DNA of 64,000 nucleotides from Candidatus Dojkabacteria bacterium (GCA_030834985.1 JAUQWV010000002.1:4435-68434), one strand, 5' to 3'; counted from the stretch's first letter, positions 18,409-29,063 are shown. Notes: generated from the sequence alone by a model not told the origin. A program made the numbers and translations.

Positions 18409-20691
18409 ATGGAATTTTCCAAAACCTATAACTTGGGAGGTGTAGATATTGATATCTCTACAGGAAAGCTAGCAAAGCTATCCCAAGGCTCAATTTTATT
18501 AAAAATGGGCGGAACATCTTTGCTGGCAACAGTTACAGTTGATAAGAAACAAGCAGAAGCTGACTTTTTCCCATTAACAGTTGAATACATTGAAAAAATG
18601 TATGCTAGAGGCGCAATTAGCGGAGCTAGATTTCAAAAAAGAGAAGGTTTACCTTCTGAAGAAGCAATAATTAAAGCAAGACAGGTTGATCATTCTGTTC
18701 GCTCTTTATTCCCAAAAAGCTTTAAAAAAGCAACAAACGTTATTTTAACAGTTCTAAGTTACGATCAAGAACACGATCCTGAAGTTTTAGCAGTATTAGG
18801 TGCTAGCTTAGGCTTAAGTTTAACAGGTATCCCATTCTATGGACCTTGCTCTGGAGTTGTTGCAGGCTATACAGCTGACGGTAAAGTAGTTTTAAATCCG
18901 TTAGTAGAAGGCCGAGAAGAATTTTTAGCAGAGTTCTTAATAACAGGTGTGGACGATAAAGCTTTAAGTATTGAAGGTTGGGCAAAAGAATTAACTGAAG
19001 AGCAAATGGATCAGGTTTTAGATGAATCTATGACTTTGATTAAACAAATGAATGCTGCTCAAACAGACTTTATAAATGAATATAAAAAAGCTGGTGGTGA
19101 AATTACTGTAGAAACAGAAGTTGAATACAACGATCTACCTGCACCAGAAGAATTGATTAATTCAATTAAAGAAGCTAAGTACGATGCAATTAAAGACAGC
19201 TTATTTCAACCTGAGCGTGCTGATAGACAAAAACTAATTAATACAATAAAAGAAGAATTAGTAGCTCAACATGTTAGTCCAGAAGCTACTGTTACTGAAA
19301 TGGATATCTCAAATGCAATTGAATATATTGCTAGAAAAATCATTCGAGAATCTATATTAAAAGAAGATAAAAGAAGATTAGGACGCGGATTAAAAGAAAT
19401 TCGACCGTTAAGTGCAGAAATTGACTTAATTCCAACAGTTCATGGATCTGCATTATTCAACAGAGGTTTAACACAATCATTATCGATTGCTACATTGGGT
19501 CCAATCGGAATTGCTCAAATTCTAGATGAAATGGAAGGTGAACGAACAAAACGATTCTTACATCACTATAATATGCCTCCTTATTCAACTGGTGAAGTTG
19601 GCAGATTCGGCTATCACCCAGGCAGACGTGAAATTGGTCACGGAGCAATAGGAGAAAACGCATTAAAAAATATGTTGCCAACAGAGGAAGAATTTCCATA
19701 TACAATTCGTGTTGTATCTGAAATCTTAAACTCTAACGGCTCAACATCAATGGCAGCTACTTGCGCTTCATCTATGGCATTAATGGTTGCAGGTGTTCCA
19801 TTAAAGAAAGCCGTTGCAGGAATCGGTGTTGGTTTAATGACAGAAGATAACAATGAAGATTCCTATAAACTATTATTAGATATTGAAGGAATTGAAGACT
19901 TTTATGGCGATATGGACTTTAAAGTTACAGGAACTGATACAGGAATTACTGCTGTTCAATACGAAAATAAACTTAGAGGCGTAAAGTTAAATGTTCTAAA
20001 AGAAGCATTTAGATTAGCAAAAGAAGGAAGATCTCAAGTTTTAGAAGTGATGAATTCAGTAATAAGTGCGCCAAGACCAAACTTGCCTGCCAACGCGCCA
20101 ATTGTCGAAAAAATTACAATCGACAAAGAATCAATTGGCGCTTTAATCGGCCCAGGTGGAAAGAATATTAAAGATTTAGTGGCTAAAGCTACAGAGTTTG
20201 GTAAAGAAGCACCAGATATTAATATTGATGACAATGGTATTGTTACAATTTCTGCAAGCAACGGCGAACAGCTTCAATTTATTAAAGATACAATTGAAAA
20301 AAACTTTGCAGAAGCAGAAGTTGGTGAAATATATGAAGGTGTAGTTGATAAAGTTATGTCTTATGGAGTATTTATTAATGTAAGCAATAACATAACAGGA
20401 CTTTGCCACTTATCTGAAATATTTAAAGAAAGAGTAAACGTTGATATGGAAAAAATCTTTAACGAGGGTGATATAGTAAAAGTTAAAGTAATTAGTATTG
20501 AAAACGGTAAAACTAACTTTAGCATGAAAGATATCGAGCAGGATCCAAGTATTCAGCAAAAGATTGATAATCCTCAAGATTATCCAGCTCCTGAGTTCAA
20601 AAGAGAAGATAGACGTGATGATAGAGGAGACCGCCGAGGAAGCTTTAACAGAGACCGTGGCGAAAGACGATTTAAAAGATCTAGGTTCTAA
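18409..20691 (+). CDS. pnp: Polyribonucleotide nucleotidyltransferase (PNPase)
   Basis: It has two RNase PH domains, KH (ESIGALIGPGGKNIKDL) and S1 (GEIYEGVVDKVMSYGVFINV), plus an unusual RD-rich C-terminal tail (REDRRDDRGDRRGSFNRDRGERRFKRSRF). Confidence 0.95.
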   Translation: MEFSKTYNLGGVDIDISTGKLAKLSQGSILLKMGGTSLLATVTVDKKQAEADFFPLTVEYIEKMYARGAISGARFQKREGLPSEEAIIKARQVDHSVRSLFPKSFKKATNVILTVLSYDQEHDPEVLAVLGASLGLSLTGIPFYGPCSGVVAGYTADGKVVLNPLVEGREEFLAEFLITGVDDKALSIEGWAKELTEEQMDQVLDESMTLIKQMNAAQTDFINEYKKAGGEITVETEVEYNDLPAPEELINSIKEAKYDAIKDSLFQPERADRQKLINTIKEELVAQHVSPEATVTEMDISNAIEYIARKIIRESILKEDKRRLGRGLKEIRPLSAEIDLIPTVHGSALFNRGLTQSLSIATLGPIGIAQILDEMEGERTKRFLHHYNMPPYSTGEVGRFGYHPGRREIGHGAIGENALKNMLPTEEEFPYTIRVVSEILNSNGSTSMAATCASSMALMVAGVPLKKAVAGIGVGLMTEDNNEDSYKLLLDIEGIEDFYGDMDFKVTGTDTGITAVQYENKLRGVKLNVLKEAFRLAKEGRSQVLEVMNSVISAPRPNLPANAPIVEKITIDKESIGALIGPGGKNIKDLVAKATEFGKEAPDINIDDNGIVTISASNGEQLQFIKDTIEKNFAEAEVGEIYEGVVDKVMSYGVFINVSNNITGLCHLSEIFKERVNVDMEKIFNEGDIVKVKVISIENGKTNFSMKDIEQDPSIQQKIDNPQDYPAPEFKREDRRDDRGDRRGSFNRDRGERRFKRSRF

Positions 20692-20723
20692 TAGAAGATA
20701 TTAAAGTAATAATAGAATATTAA

Positions 20724-20753
20724 GAGCCCAGCCTTCGGCTGGGCTCTTTTTTA
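20724..20753 (+). terminator. Rho-independent terminator after pnp
   Basis: A perfect 10-bp stem GAGCCCAGCC-TTCG-GGCTGGGCTC is followed by TTTTTT. Confidence 0.85.
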
Positions 20754-20819
20754 GTATGAATTCTTCGTGAATTTTATCTACTTTCCATATATACTATCAA
20801 TAGAATTATATAGTTATAT

Positions 20820-21410
20820 ATGTCCAAAATAAGGTTTGATTTAGTTGCGGCTCACATAATTTCATGGGTATTAGATCCATTTCTTGTAGTTATAGTTACA
20901 TTGATTGCTTCTCACTTAGTACAAATAGATCAAAATCCTGGCCCATTTGTACTTTTCTTGTGTGTAGCAGGTTTACCATTATTCTTCTATTATCTGTACG
21001 TTGAATATCAACATAAAGAAAAGCCATGGCAATTTTTTATAAATGTTCCTAGAGAGCGTAGAAATACTTTACTATTAATGGCTACTTATACTTTTTTGTT
21101 TAATACATTGATATTTGCAACACAGGGAATTGTACTTTGGCAAAAAATATCAATTATGTTTGTTATATATGCTGGAATTATGTATTTAGCTAATCGGTTT
21201 TTAGATAAAGCCAGCTGGCATGCAGGAGCTTTTGCGTTTAGTGTACTTTATTTAGCAGATAAAATTGCTATTCAATATGCACTGCTGTTAATATTACTCC
21301 CTGTAGTCTATTGGGCTAGAATGAAATTAAATAGACACACCTGGATACAATTATATTTAGGTACAGTAATAGGTCTAATAATGGGTCTGTTATCGTGGTT
21401 GATCTCGTAA
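20820..21410 (+). CDS. Polytopic membrane protein, unknown function
   Basis: It has 5-6 hydrophobic helices and no recognisable catalytic motifs. Confidence 0.4.
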   Translation: MSKIRFDLVAAHIISWVLDPFLVVIVTLIASHLVQIDQNPGPFVLFLCVAGLPLFFYYLYVEYQHKEKPWQFFINVPRERRNTLLLMATYTFLFNTLIFATQGIVLWQKISIMFVIYAGIMYLANRFLDKASWHAGAFAFSVLYLADKIAIQYALLLILLPVVYWARMKLNRHTWIQLYLGTVIGLIMGLLSWLIS

Positions 21411-21447
21411 TTATGTGTAAAGTACACTTATTGATACTATATTAAGT

Positions 21448-23214
21448 ATGCCTCAAGTTTTTAGAAATAGAATAAAAAGTATAACTTCGGTTTTAAGCAA
21501 AGAGCAGACTGTAATCCTGGAAACAGCCTTTTTAACAATGATTCCTATTTTACTGACCAAAATTACTGGTCAGTTTTTTAACCTTTTGGCGGCTTCGTAT
21601 TTTGGTACTAATAATGTTGGGTGGAATCAGTTTCTGTTAGCAACCTCGATTCCTGACATGCTTACGAATGTATTATTGGGCGGAGCAATTGGGTCTGTAA
21701 TAATTCCGGGTCTTATTGCTATTAAAAAGAAAAAAGGTGCAGAGGAATTCCTTAAAGCATATAACTCAGTAATAACTTCTGCAATATTAATTTTCTCTTT
21801 AATATCTCTGATTCTGGCTCTATTAGCAGACTTTATATTCCCGTTATTCTTAAGAACATTAATTCCTGGTCAAACATCTCTTTCTGGTGAAGATATTGCA
21901 TCAATAACTTCTATGATGAGAGTTTTGCTTATTCCTCAAATAATTTTAGGTGTAAGCGTATTAGTTTCTAGCGGGCTTAATATTTACAACAGATATTTAG
22001 TTCCTCAGCTTGCTCCATTATTTTTTAATGTAGGAAGGATTTTAGGTTTGGTAATTTTAGTTCCATTAATGAATTATAGCCCATGGGCAATTGTTATTGG
22101 AGTAATTACAGGTTCTGTTCTGCATTTGGGAATACAATTGCCCTTATTTAGGCAAATTGGTTTCCGCTATAAATTGTTCTTTTCTTACACCAAAGATTTA
22201 AGAAACATGCTTTTAATAAGTCTGCCAAGAACTTTTGCTTTAATGAGCGAAAATATTGCTTTAACTTTTAATGACTTTTTAGCATTTCAAATAGGTGGCT
22301 TAGCATCTTTAAATTATGCTAATTCACTTTCTTTAATTGTTCCAAGCCTGTTTGGAGCAACATTTGCATATGCTTCATTCCCGGCTTTGACTGAATTTTT
22401 TGAAGATGAAAATCTTGAAAAAGTAAAATATATAATTACAAAAACCCTTAACGAGATGCTGTTTTTAGCGCTTCCATTTGTAATAACAATTTTAATTTTA
22501 AGAGTTGCTGTTGTTAGATTAGCTTTTGGTATTTTACCTAATACAAGACTTGATTTAGAAGGTACTTATCAGATTGCGTGGGTGCTGTTATGGTTTGCAG
22601 TCGGGCATATTTTTATTTGCGGAAAATGGTTTATGTATAGAGTGTTTTATGCCGCAAAGCAAACAGTGATTCCGCTTATAGTTTCTTTAATAAGTTTAGT
22701 TTTGACTATTGTACTTGGCGTTTTGTTTACAAACTTATTTAGTCATAATGCTGAATTTTCTATAACTTCAACACAGTTATCGTTAGAAAACTTCTTTGAA
22801 AGATCTACATCTATTGCTGCTGTTGGAGGAATTGCGCTTGGTATAAGTGTAGCGTATTCAATTGAATTTATTATGCTGTTAATAATATTCCACAAAACTA
22901 AAGTTAAGTTGGATATTAAGCAATTATTAGTTTCAGTTTCAAAAAAATTGATAGCTGGTGCGTCTATGTTTGTAGTAATGTACTTAGTTTACAAAACATG
23001 GAATATCTTAACTTATGCGTTGCCGGTTTCAGCAACATTCAGCTATCGAGGTTCTACTACTATAAACTTGTTCCTACTTACTTTAATAACAGTTGCAACT
23101 TCATTTATGGTTTACTACCTGGTATGTTTATTCTTAAAAGTAGAGGAATTAAAGATACTTAAGAGATATTTAAATCCGATATTTAAGATTGGTGGAGTGC
23201 AAATTAAAGATTAA
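21448..23214 (+). CDS. MurJ/MviN-like (MOP superfamily) polytopic flippase-type membrane protein
   Basis: It is a 588-aa protein with about 14 predicted TM helices and length and pattern consistent with lipid-II/polysaccharide flippases. The family assignment is by architecture only. Confidence 0.45.
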   Translation: MPQVFRNRIKSITSVLSKEQTVILETAFLTMIPILLTKITGQFFNLLAASYFGTNNVGWNQFLLATSIPDMLTNVLLGGAIGSVIIPGLIAIKKKKGAEEFLKAYNSVITSAILIFSLISLILALLADFIFPLFLRTLIPGQTSLSGEDIASITSMMRVLLIPQIILGVSVLVSSGLNIYNRYLVPQLAPLFFNVGRILGLVILVPLMNYSPWAIVIGVITGSVLHLGIQLPLFRQIGFRYKLFFSYTKDLRNMLLISLPRTFALMSENIALTFNDFLAFQIGGLASLNYANSLSLIVPSLFGATFAYASFPALTEFFEDENLEKVKYIITKTLNEMLFLALPFVITILILRVAVVRLAFGILPNTRLDLEGTYQIAWVLLWFAVGHIFICGKWFMYRVFYAAKQTVIPLIVSLISLVLTIVLGVLFTNLFSHNAEFSITSTQLSLENFFERSTSIAAVGGIALGISVAYSIEFIMLLIIFHKTKVKLDIKQLLVSVSKKLIAGASMFVVMYLVYKTWNILTYALPVSATFSYRGSTTINLFLLTLITVATSFMVYYLVCLFLKVEELKILKRYLNPIFKIGGVQIKD

Positions 23215-24023
23215 ATATCTACATTATTCAGGGATTCAGTTAATGCTACCCATTCTTCAAAAGTAAGTTCAGCCGGTCTTGCGGTAGATTTAATACTTAA
23301 GTTTGCATACGAATCTTGAATATTTTGTTCTATAAATTTTTTTGATGACTTTAAATTATTATTTAAAGTTTTTCGAGGATTTGAAAATCCGATTCTTAAA
23401 AGTTTATTAATTTCAGCATAATTAGTAGAAATGTTCTCATGGATTTCAAATCTCAAAATCCCACCATTTACTTTAGGTTCAGGATAGAACATATACTTAG
23501 GAATGCTTTCAAGTTTTCTGACCTTTGCAAATATTTTTGCATAATTACTTAGAAAGCTGGCTTTAGGGACAGCAGCAACATAATCTTTTGCCACTTCTTC
23601 CTGCACAATAAATGTGCAGATTTTTATATTATATTTGTCATTTTCAAGATTGAACCTAAGGCATAGATCAATAATCTTTTTAGAGATATTGTAAGGTAAA
23701 GCACCTGTTACTTTTATTGATTGAGTAGCGTTATGCTGAGCTAGGACTTCTGGTAGGTCGACTTGTAGAATATCTTGATGCACTAATACAAAGTTACTAT
23801 ATTTTTCAAATTGTTTTAATAATTTAGGTACTAAGTCATAGTCGACCTCAAAAGAGATTACTTTACAGCCTGTTTCGAGCAAAAACTTTGTTACAGCGCC
23901 ATCTCCGGGGCCGATTTCTACTATTGTATCTTCCGGAGTTAATTTAAGTTCGCTAACTAAAGTTTTTGCGTATTTTGTATTTTTCAAAAAGTTCTGGCCG
24001 AACTGTTTCTTAAAGTTATGCAT
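23211..24023 (-). CDS. rsmA: 16S rRNA (adenine1518/1519-N6)-dimethyltransferase RsmA/KsgA
   Basis: GQNFL near the N-terminus and the SAM motif VEIGPGDGAVT are present, with typical length and organisation. Confidence 0.9.
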   Translation of the reverse strand: MHNFKKQFGQNFLKNTKYAKTLVSELKLTPEDTIVEIGPGDGAVTKFLLETGCKVISFEVDYDLVPKLLKQFEKYSNFVLVHQDILQVDLPEVLAQHNATQSIKVTGALPYNISKKIIDLCLRFNLENDKYNIKICTFIVQEEVAKDYVAAVPKASFLSNYAKIFAKVRKLESIPKYMFYPEPKVNGGILRFEIHENISTNYAEINKLLRIGFSNPRKTLNNNLKSSKKFIEQNIQDSYANLSIKSTARPAELTFEEWVALTESLNNVDI

Positions 24024-24096
24024 AATCGGATTATACCTTATATATGACGGTATTTCTGTATAGGAAATGACGTCATAACATGTATAATAAAAAGGT

Positions 24097-25869
24097 ATGA
24101 AGAATTTGATTACATTAGTTTTATTTGCCTTAGTAAGTATTATTACTACCAGCAGCGTAAAAGCTGATGTAGTGTCTGAATATCATCTTAATTTAAATAT
24201 AACCAACGACTTAAGCGCTCAAATCAGCCTAGAAGTGGATTTGCATAATAACGCTACAGGCTCAGTAATAAGAGCCTATAGTTTAGATTTCCCTTTTACT
24301 ATTGTAAATGCTGAAGCTAAACTTAATGGCGAAACAGTAGATATAAGCATCGATAAGCTTTCAGATGGCTCAAGAATTAATGTAACTTTCTTTAATAAGG
24401 TAATAAATGACAATTCAGATGGTAGGTTGAATATAACTTTATTTGCTGATAGTCCCATAGTTCAGAAATACGACATATCTCAATTATTGCTGCCGTATCC
24501 TGAATCGAATTTTAGCTATCAGGAAGTAACTGCAAATGTAACATATCCAGTATCACTTGGAACTCCTACTTTAATATCAGAATATAAATATAACTTTACT
24601 TCGCTAAACAGTGAACAGAATCAAATATCGTTATCGCAGAAAAATCCTTTGATGATAATTTGGGGAACTCCTAAATATAATGTAGGTTTTGATCTGACTT
24701 TAAGGAATCTTAAAGATACATCTAATCACTATCTGCTTGGTTTAGTTCCTGAATACAAAAACCAAATAGTTCATTATATAAATGTAAACACAGCTGAATA
24801 TGCTTTAACAGATAAACTTGGCAATGCATTTTCTTATTTAAAACTAGAACGTAATAGTAATATTCCTATAAATAATTCAGTGAATATAGAAGTTAATTCA
24901 GATAACTCGGAATCTGGATATCCTGAAAAATATAATTGGAGTTTAAATTTGGATTCTACTTTAGGACAAAAGATATACTCACAAATTAACCAGGGCACTG
25001 AAGTTATAGGTAAATTAAATGCACTCAATGATTTTCTAGTTTCTAATTTTGAAGTAGATGATAAAAGAATTGATGCTGGATCGTTAGACAAGATATGGGA
25101 AAATGGTAATAAAAGCTTAAATCAGCTGCAATTCTGTTATTTAATAGTATCTACTGCTGAATATTTAGGATTACCAGCACGTATAAATTATGGGTATTCA
25201 ATTTTAAATCCAGGATTACAGGCAGGAGCTCATCCGTCTATTTGGTGCGAGGTATTGGTAGATGGCAGAGATATTTCGTTTGATGTTCCAAATCAAAAAT
25301 TATTTAAGATATCGTATTTCAATACCTCGCACATAGACAAGCTTAGAATGGGAACTTGGCATCCTGTACAGTCATATAACGATATTCTAGGGCTTTTAAT
25401 TAATAATCCTTACGAGATAACTATTAATCCGTTGGCGGTTAAGCAAGGACTTGAAACTAATGTTTCCATGCAGCTAGAGTTTCCAGAAAAAGTCTTTTCC
25501 GGTGAATTTTATTCGGGAATAATAAAGATTAAGAATAATTCAACTAAGCTGCTTACATTTACGGAGCTGAAGTTAAATGGTGGATCAATTTTAAATAATA
25601 TAGTTGTTGGCGATTTAACTAAAGCAGTAATGCCTTTACAGGAGAATTCGTTAAAAGTAGATTATTTGCGCGAAACTGATTTTATTCTTGATAAAACAAT
25701 TTCAGTTAACATCGAAGCAGAATTAAACAAAAATATAAGTTTAAAAGCACAGGAAAATGTAACCTTTGAACCAGATTATAAGTTGATTGCCATTTTTGTT
25801 GTAATAATTTTAGTAGTTGTATTTATTTTGTTATTCTTAGTTAGCAGATTGTTAAAGAAGAAGTTTTAA
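24097..25869 (+). CDS. Secreted, C-terminally TM-anchored protein with transglutaminase-like (papain-fold Cys-His-Asp) core
   Basis: It has a signal peptide. The core QFCYLIVSTAEYLGLPARINYGY...AHPSIWCEVLVDGRDISFD matches the TGase-like C ... (G)IPAR ... H.W.EV ... D pattern. It has a C-terminal TM plus KKKF tail. Confidence 0.6.
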   Translation: MKNLITLVLFALVSIITTSSVKADVVSEYHLNLNITNDLSAQISLEVDLHNNATGSVIRAYSLDFPFTIVNAEAKLNGETVDISIDKLSDGSRINVTFFNKVINDNSDGRLNITLFADSPIVQKYDISQLLLPYPESNFSYQEVTANVTYPVSLGTPTLISEYKYNFTSLNSEQNQISLSQKNPLMIIWGTPKYNVGFDLTLRNLKDTSNHYLLGLVPEYKNQIVHYINVNTAEYALTDKLGNAFSYLKLERNSNIPINNSVNIEVNSDNSESGYPEKYNWSLNLDSTLGQKIYSQINQGTEVIGKLNALNDFLVSNFEVDDKRIDAGSLDKIWENGNKSLNQLQFCYLIVSTAEYLGLPARINYGYSILNPGLQAGAHPSIWCEVLVDGRDISFDVPNQKLFKISYFNTSHIDKLRMGTWHPVQSYNDILGLLINNPYEITINPLAVKQGLETNVSMQLEFPEKVFSGEFYSGIIKIKNNSTKLLTFTELKLNGGSILNNIVVGDLTKAVMPLQENSLKVDYLRETDFILDKTISVNIEAELNKNISLKAQENVTFEPDYKLIAIFVVIILVVVFILLFLVSRLLKKKF

Positions 25870-25932
25870 TTTTGAACTTTAGCTCACTTACCTTTATACT
25901 GATAAATGCTATAGAATTAATTTAATATACCA

Positions 25933-27315
25933 ATGGTCGAATTCAAAAATGTTTCAAAAGTTTATGATAATAGAATCTTCGCAGTAAACGAAGTTAACTT
26001 TAGTATTGAGCAGGGTGAATTTGTATTTTTAATTGGCCCTTCGGGCAGCGGTAAAACTACAATCATCAAAATGCTTATTAGAGACGAAATTCCTTCTTCA
26101 GGAAAGATAATCTTTAATGATATGGATATTACTAAAATAACCAGAAATAAGGTCTATACTTTAAGACGCGAAATCGGTGTGATTTTTCAAGACTATAAAC
26201 TGGTGCAAGAAAAAACTGCTTACGAGAATGTTGCCTTTGCAATGGAAGCTGCAGGTAAAAAAGATAAAGAGATCAGAGAAACTGTGCCTTATGTTTTAGA
26301 TATTGTGGGACTTTCAAGTAGAATGAAAGCTTTTCCTAGACAATTATCGGGAGGTGAACAACAAAGGGTAACTATTGCAAGAGCTATTGCCAATAACCCA
26401 AAAATTTTGATTGCAGATGAGCCCACTGGGAATCTTGATCCTGCTAGTGCTTGGGATATTGTTCAAATACTTTCAAAGATTAATAACTGGGGTACAACAG
26501 TGATAATGTCTACTCATGGTACAGATATTGTTAATGCGCTAAATAAAAGGATTATTCAAATGGATGGCGGCAAAATTGTCAGAGACGACAGCGGTGGTAC
26601 TTACGATGAATCCAACGACAATTTTGCCGCTAAACTATTAGAAAAAACACAGGAAGAAGAAGTAACTCATCCTAAGACTACTTTTAAAGTAAAAATTACC
26701 TCTAAGGATGAAGGGAATTTATTAGATGAACCTGAAGCTTTAGAAGAAGATGGAACAGAGCCTTCTAAAAAAGGAGTTTTAGGTATTTTTGATAGACTTA
26801 AGCGAAAACCAGTAACTGAAGAAGTAGAAGAAATCGTAGAAGATGAAGCTGAAGTAGAGCAAGAACCTGAATCAGATGATGAAATAATAGGTAAGAATGA
26901 AGAAAGTATTGTAGATGTAATTGAAAATACAGAAAGCAACTTAGACGATACCGTTCCTGATATTTTAGATCCGATTCCAGTTCCGGAGGCAAAACCGCAG
27001 ACTTTAGCTCGTAAAAGAACTCCAAAATCAGAAGAGTTAGAGCCAGAAGATGAAAAAGTTCATGTTGCAGGAAAAATTAAAATAAGTAATAAAAAAGCAA
27101 AAGAATTAGTATCTAAAGCAAAAACTCCAATTAGTAAATTAAAATTAAGTAAGGAGATCCTTAAAGATTTAAAAACTGCAGGGTACAAATATGTGGAAGA
27201 GATAATAGAAGATGGCCCAGAAGGTTTATCGGATAATCTTATGATTGATCCGGAAGAGGTTGTTTTAGTTTCTAAGGAAATAAAAAGATTCTTAGAAGAA
27301 AAAGATAATATATAA
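25933..27315 (+). CDS. ftsE: Cell-division ABC ATPase FtsE with a ~240-aa acidic C-terminal extension
   Basis: The N-terminal 220 aa are a canonical FtsE (GPSGSGKTT, LSGGEQQRVTIARA, ILIADEPTGNLD). The extension is E/D/K-rich low complexity and ends in a helix-hairpin-helix-like segment (ISKLKLSKEILKDLKTAGYKYVEEII). Confidence 0.85.
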   Translation: MVEFKNVSKVYDNRIFAVNEVNFSIEQGEFVFLIGPSGSGKTTIIKMLIRDEIPSSGKIIFNDMDITKITRNKVYTLRREIGVIFQDYKLVQEKTAYENVAFAMEAAGKKDKEIRETVPYVLDIVGLSSRMKAFPRQLSGGEQQRVTIARAIANNPKILIADEPTGNLDPASAWDIVQILSKINNWGTTVIMSTHGTDIVNALNKRIIQMDGGKIVRDDSGGTYDESNDNFAAKLLEKTQEEEVTHPKTTFKVKITSKDEGNLLDEPEALEEDGTEPSKKGVLGIFDRLKRKPVTEEVEEIVEDEAEVEQEPESDDEIIGKNEESIVDVIENTESNLDDTVPDILDPIPVPEAKPQTLARKRTPKSEELEPEDEKVHVAGKIKISNKKAKELVSKAKTPISKLKLSKEILKDLKTAGYKYVEEIIEDGPEGLSDNLMIDPEEVVLVSKEIKRFLEEKDNI

Positions 27316-27326
27316 TAATTTAGATT

Positions 27327-28343
27327 ATGTTTGGAAGAATTTTATCGAATACAAGAAAACAAATTACTAGAAGCGGATGGTCTGCATGGGCTTCTATTTG
27401 TGTAATGACATTAGCTTTTTTGGTAGCAACAATTTTTGGTGGACTTGCTTATGTTTCAAATGTCTATATTCAATACATAGAATCAAAGAGTAATGTTCTA
27501 GTGTTTTTTGAAGAAGGTATGAATGTAGAGGTTATTGATTCATTACGCGAAAAATGGGCAAATAATCCCAAAATTAAGGGTATTACATATACTTCAGAGT
27601 CCGATGCATATCAATTATATGCAGACTATACAGCAGTAGTTCAAAAGGAAGTTTATACAGTACTTAAAACTAAAGAAAGCAAAACCCTGCCATCAAGCTT
27701 AGATATACAAATTTATTCGTTGGAAGATTTACAATCTTTAAAGAGTGAACTTGAACAAGATATTGAAGAAGCAAATAAATCACTACAGATTGTAGATACA
27801 TCAGAAGCAGAAAGTCCCGCTTCTTATCCTCAACAAGCCAGGTATCAATATTCTAAAGATCCTACACAAAAACCGATTGTATTAAAAGTTGACGATCAGA
27901 GTTTAGATCAGCTAAGGCAAGTCCTTTATTTCTTACGTGTAGTTGGAATTGCAGTATTAACAATATTATTTATAGGTATATTCTTCTTTACTTTCTTAGC
28001 AATTGAGTTTAGACTTCAAAGCCAAACAGAAGAGATAGGTGTTATGCAGCTGGTTGGTGGAAGTCTGTTCTTTATTAGATCGCCATATGTACTTGAGGGT
28101 GGCTTTTACGGCTTTGTGGGTGCGGCCGTATCAACCCTGATAATAGGCTCGTTTCTATTTGGAGTATTTGTGCTGAATAAATCATCAACTGTATCCGTAT
28201 TCTTATTTAAGATGTTCAATCAGCTACCTTGGCCGCACATTAGTGACTTAGGGTGGATAGTAATAATATTTGGATTATCAGGAATAGGATTCTTAATTGG
28301 AGCTTTAAGTAGTTACTTATCTATTAGAAGATATATTAGATAA
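27327..28343 (+). CDS. ftsX: Cell-division permease FtsX
   Basis: It lies immediately downstream of ftsE. It has an N-terminal cytoplasmic segment, a TM, an extracytoplasmic loop and a C-terminal 3-TM FtsX domain. Confidence 0.8.
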   Translation: MFGRILSNTRKQITRSGWSAWASICVMTLAFLVATIFGGLAYVSNVYIQYIESKSNVLVFFEEGMNVEVIDSLREKWANNPKIKGITYTSESDAYQLYADYTAVVQKEVYTVLKTKESKTLPSSLDIQIYSLEDLQSLKSELEQDIEEANKSLQIVDTSEAESPASYPQQARYQYSKDPTQKPIVLKVDDQSLDQLRQVLYFLRVVGIAVLTILFIGIFFFTFLAIEFRLQSQTEEIGVMQLVGGSLFFIRSPYVLEGGFYGFVGAAVSTLIIGSFLFGVFVLNKSSTVSVFLFKMFNQLPWPHISDLGWIVIIFGLSGIGFLIGALSSYLSIRRYIR

Positions 28344-28355
28344 TAATTTAAGCCT

Positions 28356-28763
28356 ATGATAATTAAGAAAATATATTTAATAGTTCAAAATATCTTAGTT
28401 TTCTTTTTTGTTTGGGCGATTTTTAGAAAAACTTTAATAATTGGCGGCAGTTTGTTTGTTGATGAATTTATGGTTGCTTTACTGTATGGACTGTTAATTG
28501 CATTTACTCCAAATCTATTAAAATTCTTCAAACTGCCTGTTAATTTCGGCTCATTATTTTTAATAACTTTAATAATTTCGTTTTTATATTTTTTTGTAGA
28601 GATCTCGGTTTTAAATATAATTAACTTAACAGGTCAAAACTTAAATCTTGGGTTGGATTTTGTGGGTACTATAGTTCTTGAAGATAAAACATATGCTTTG
28701 GTACTTTTAAGTGTTATAACCTCGCTTCTATCTGTAAGCATGGAACTGTTAAAGAAAAAATAA
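28356..28763 (+). CDS. Small polytopic membrane protein, unknown function
   Basis: It has four hydrophobic helices in 135 aa. Confidence 0.4.
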   Translation: MIIKKIYLIVQNILVFFFVWAIFRKTLIIGGSLFVDEFMVALLYGLLIAFTPNLLKFFKLPVNFGSLFLITLIISFLYFFVEISVLNIINLTGQNLNLGLDFVGTIVLEDKTYALVLLSVITSLLSVSMELLKKK

Positions 28764-28829
28764 AACTGCGAATGGTTAAGCCAGCTTTAGTGTTATAATA
28801 AAACGAATTTACTTTGAATCTACATAATT

Positions 28830-29063
28830 ATGAGTATTACAGATATCCTAAAATACGTTCTTGTAGTTATCTCTATATTATTAATGGTAGCCGTTTTACT
28901 TCAAAACCGCAGTGGCGGTATTGGTACTGTCTTTGGTGGATCAGGCGGCGGCGAGTTTTATAGATCAAAAAGAGGAATTGAAGCATTTTTATATAACGGA
29001 ACAATTATTTTAGGTATACTATTTGCAATAGTATCTTTAAGTATTGCCGTTCTAAATGCCTAA
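28830..29063 (+). CDS. secG: Preprotein translocase subunit SecG
   Basis: It is 77 aa with two TMs flanking the Gly-rich loop LLQNRSGGIGTVFGGSGGGEF characteristic of SecG. Confidence 0.75.
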   Translation: MSITDILKYVLVVISILLMVAVLLQNRSGGIGTVFGGSGGGEFYRSKRGIEAFLYNGTIILGILFAIVSLSIAVLNA

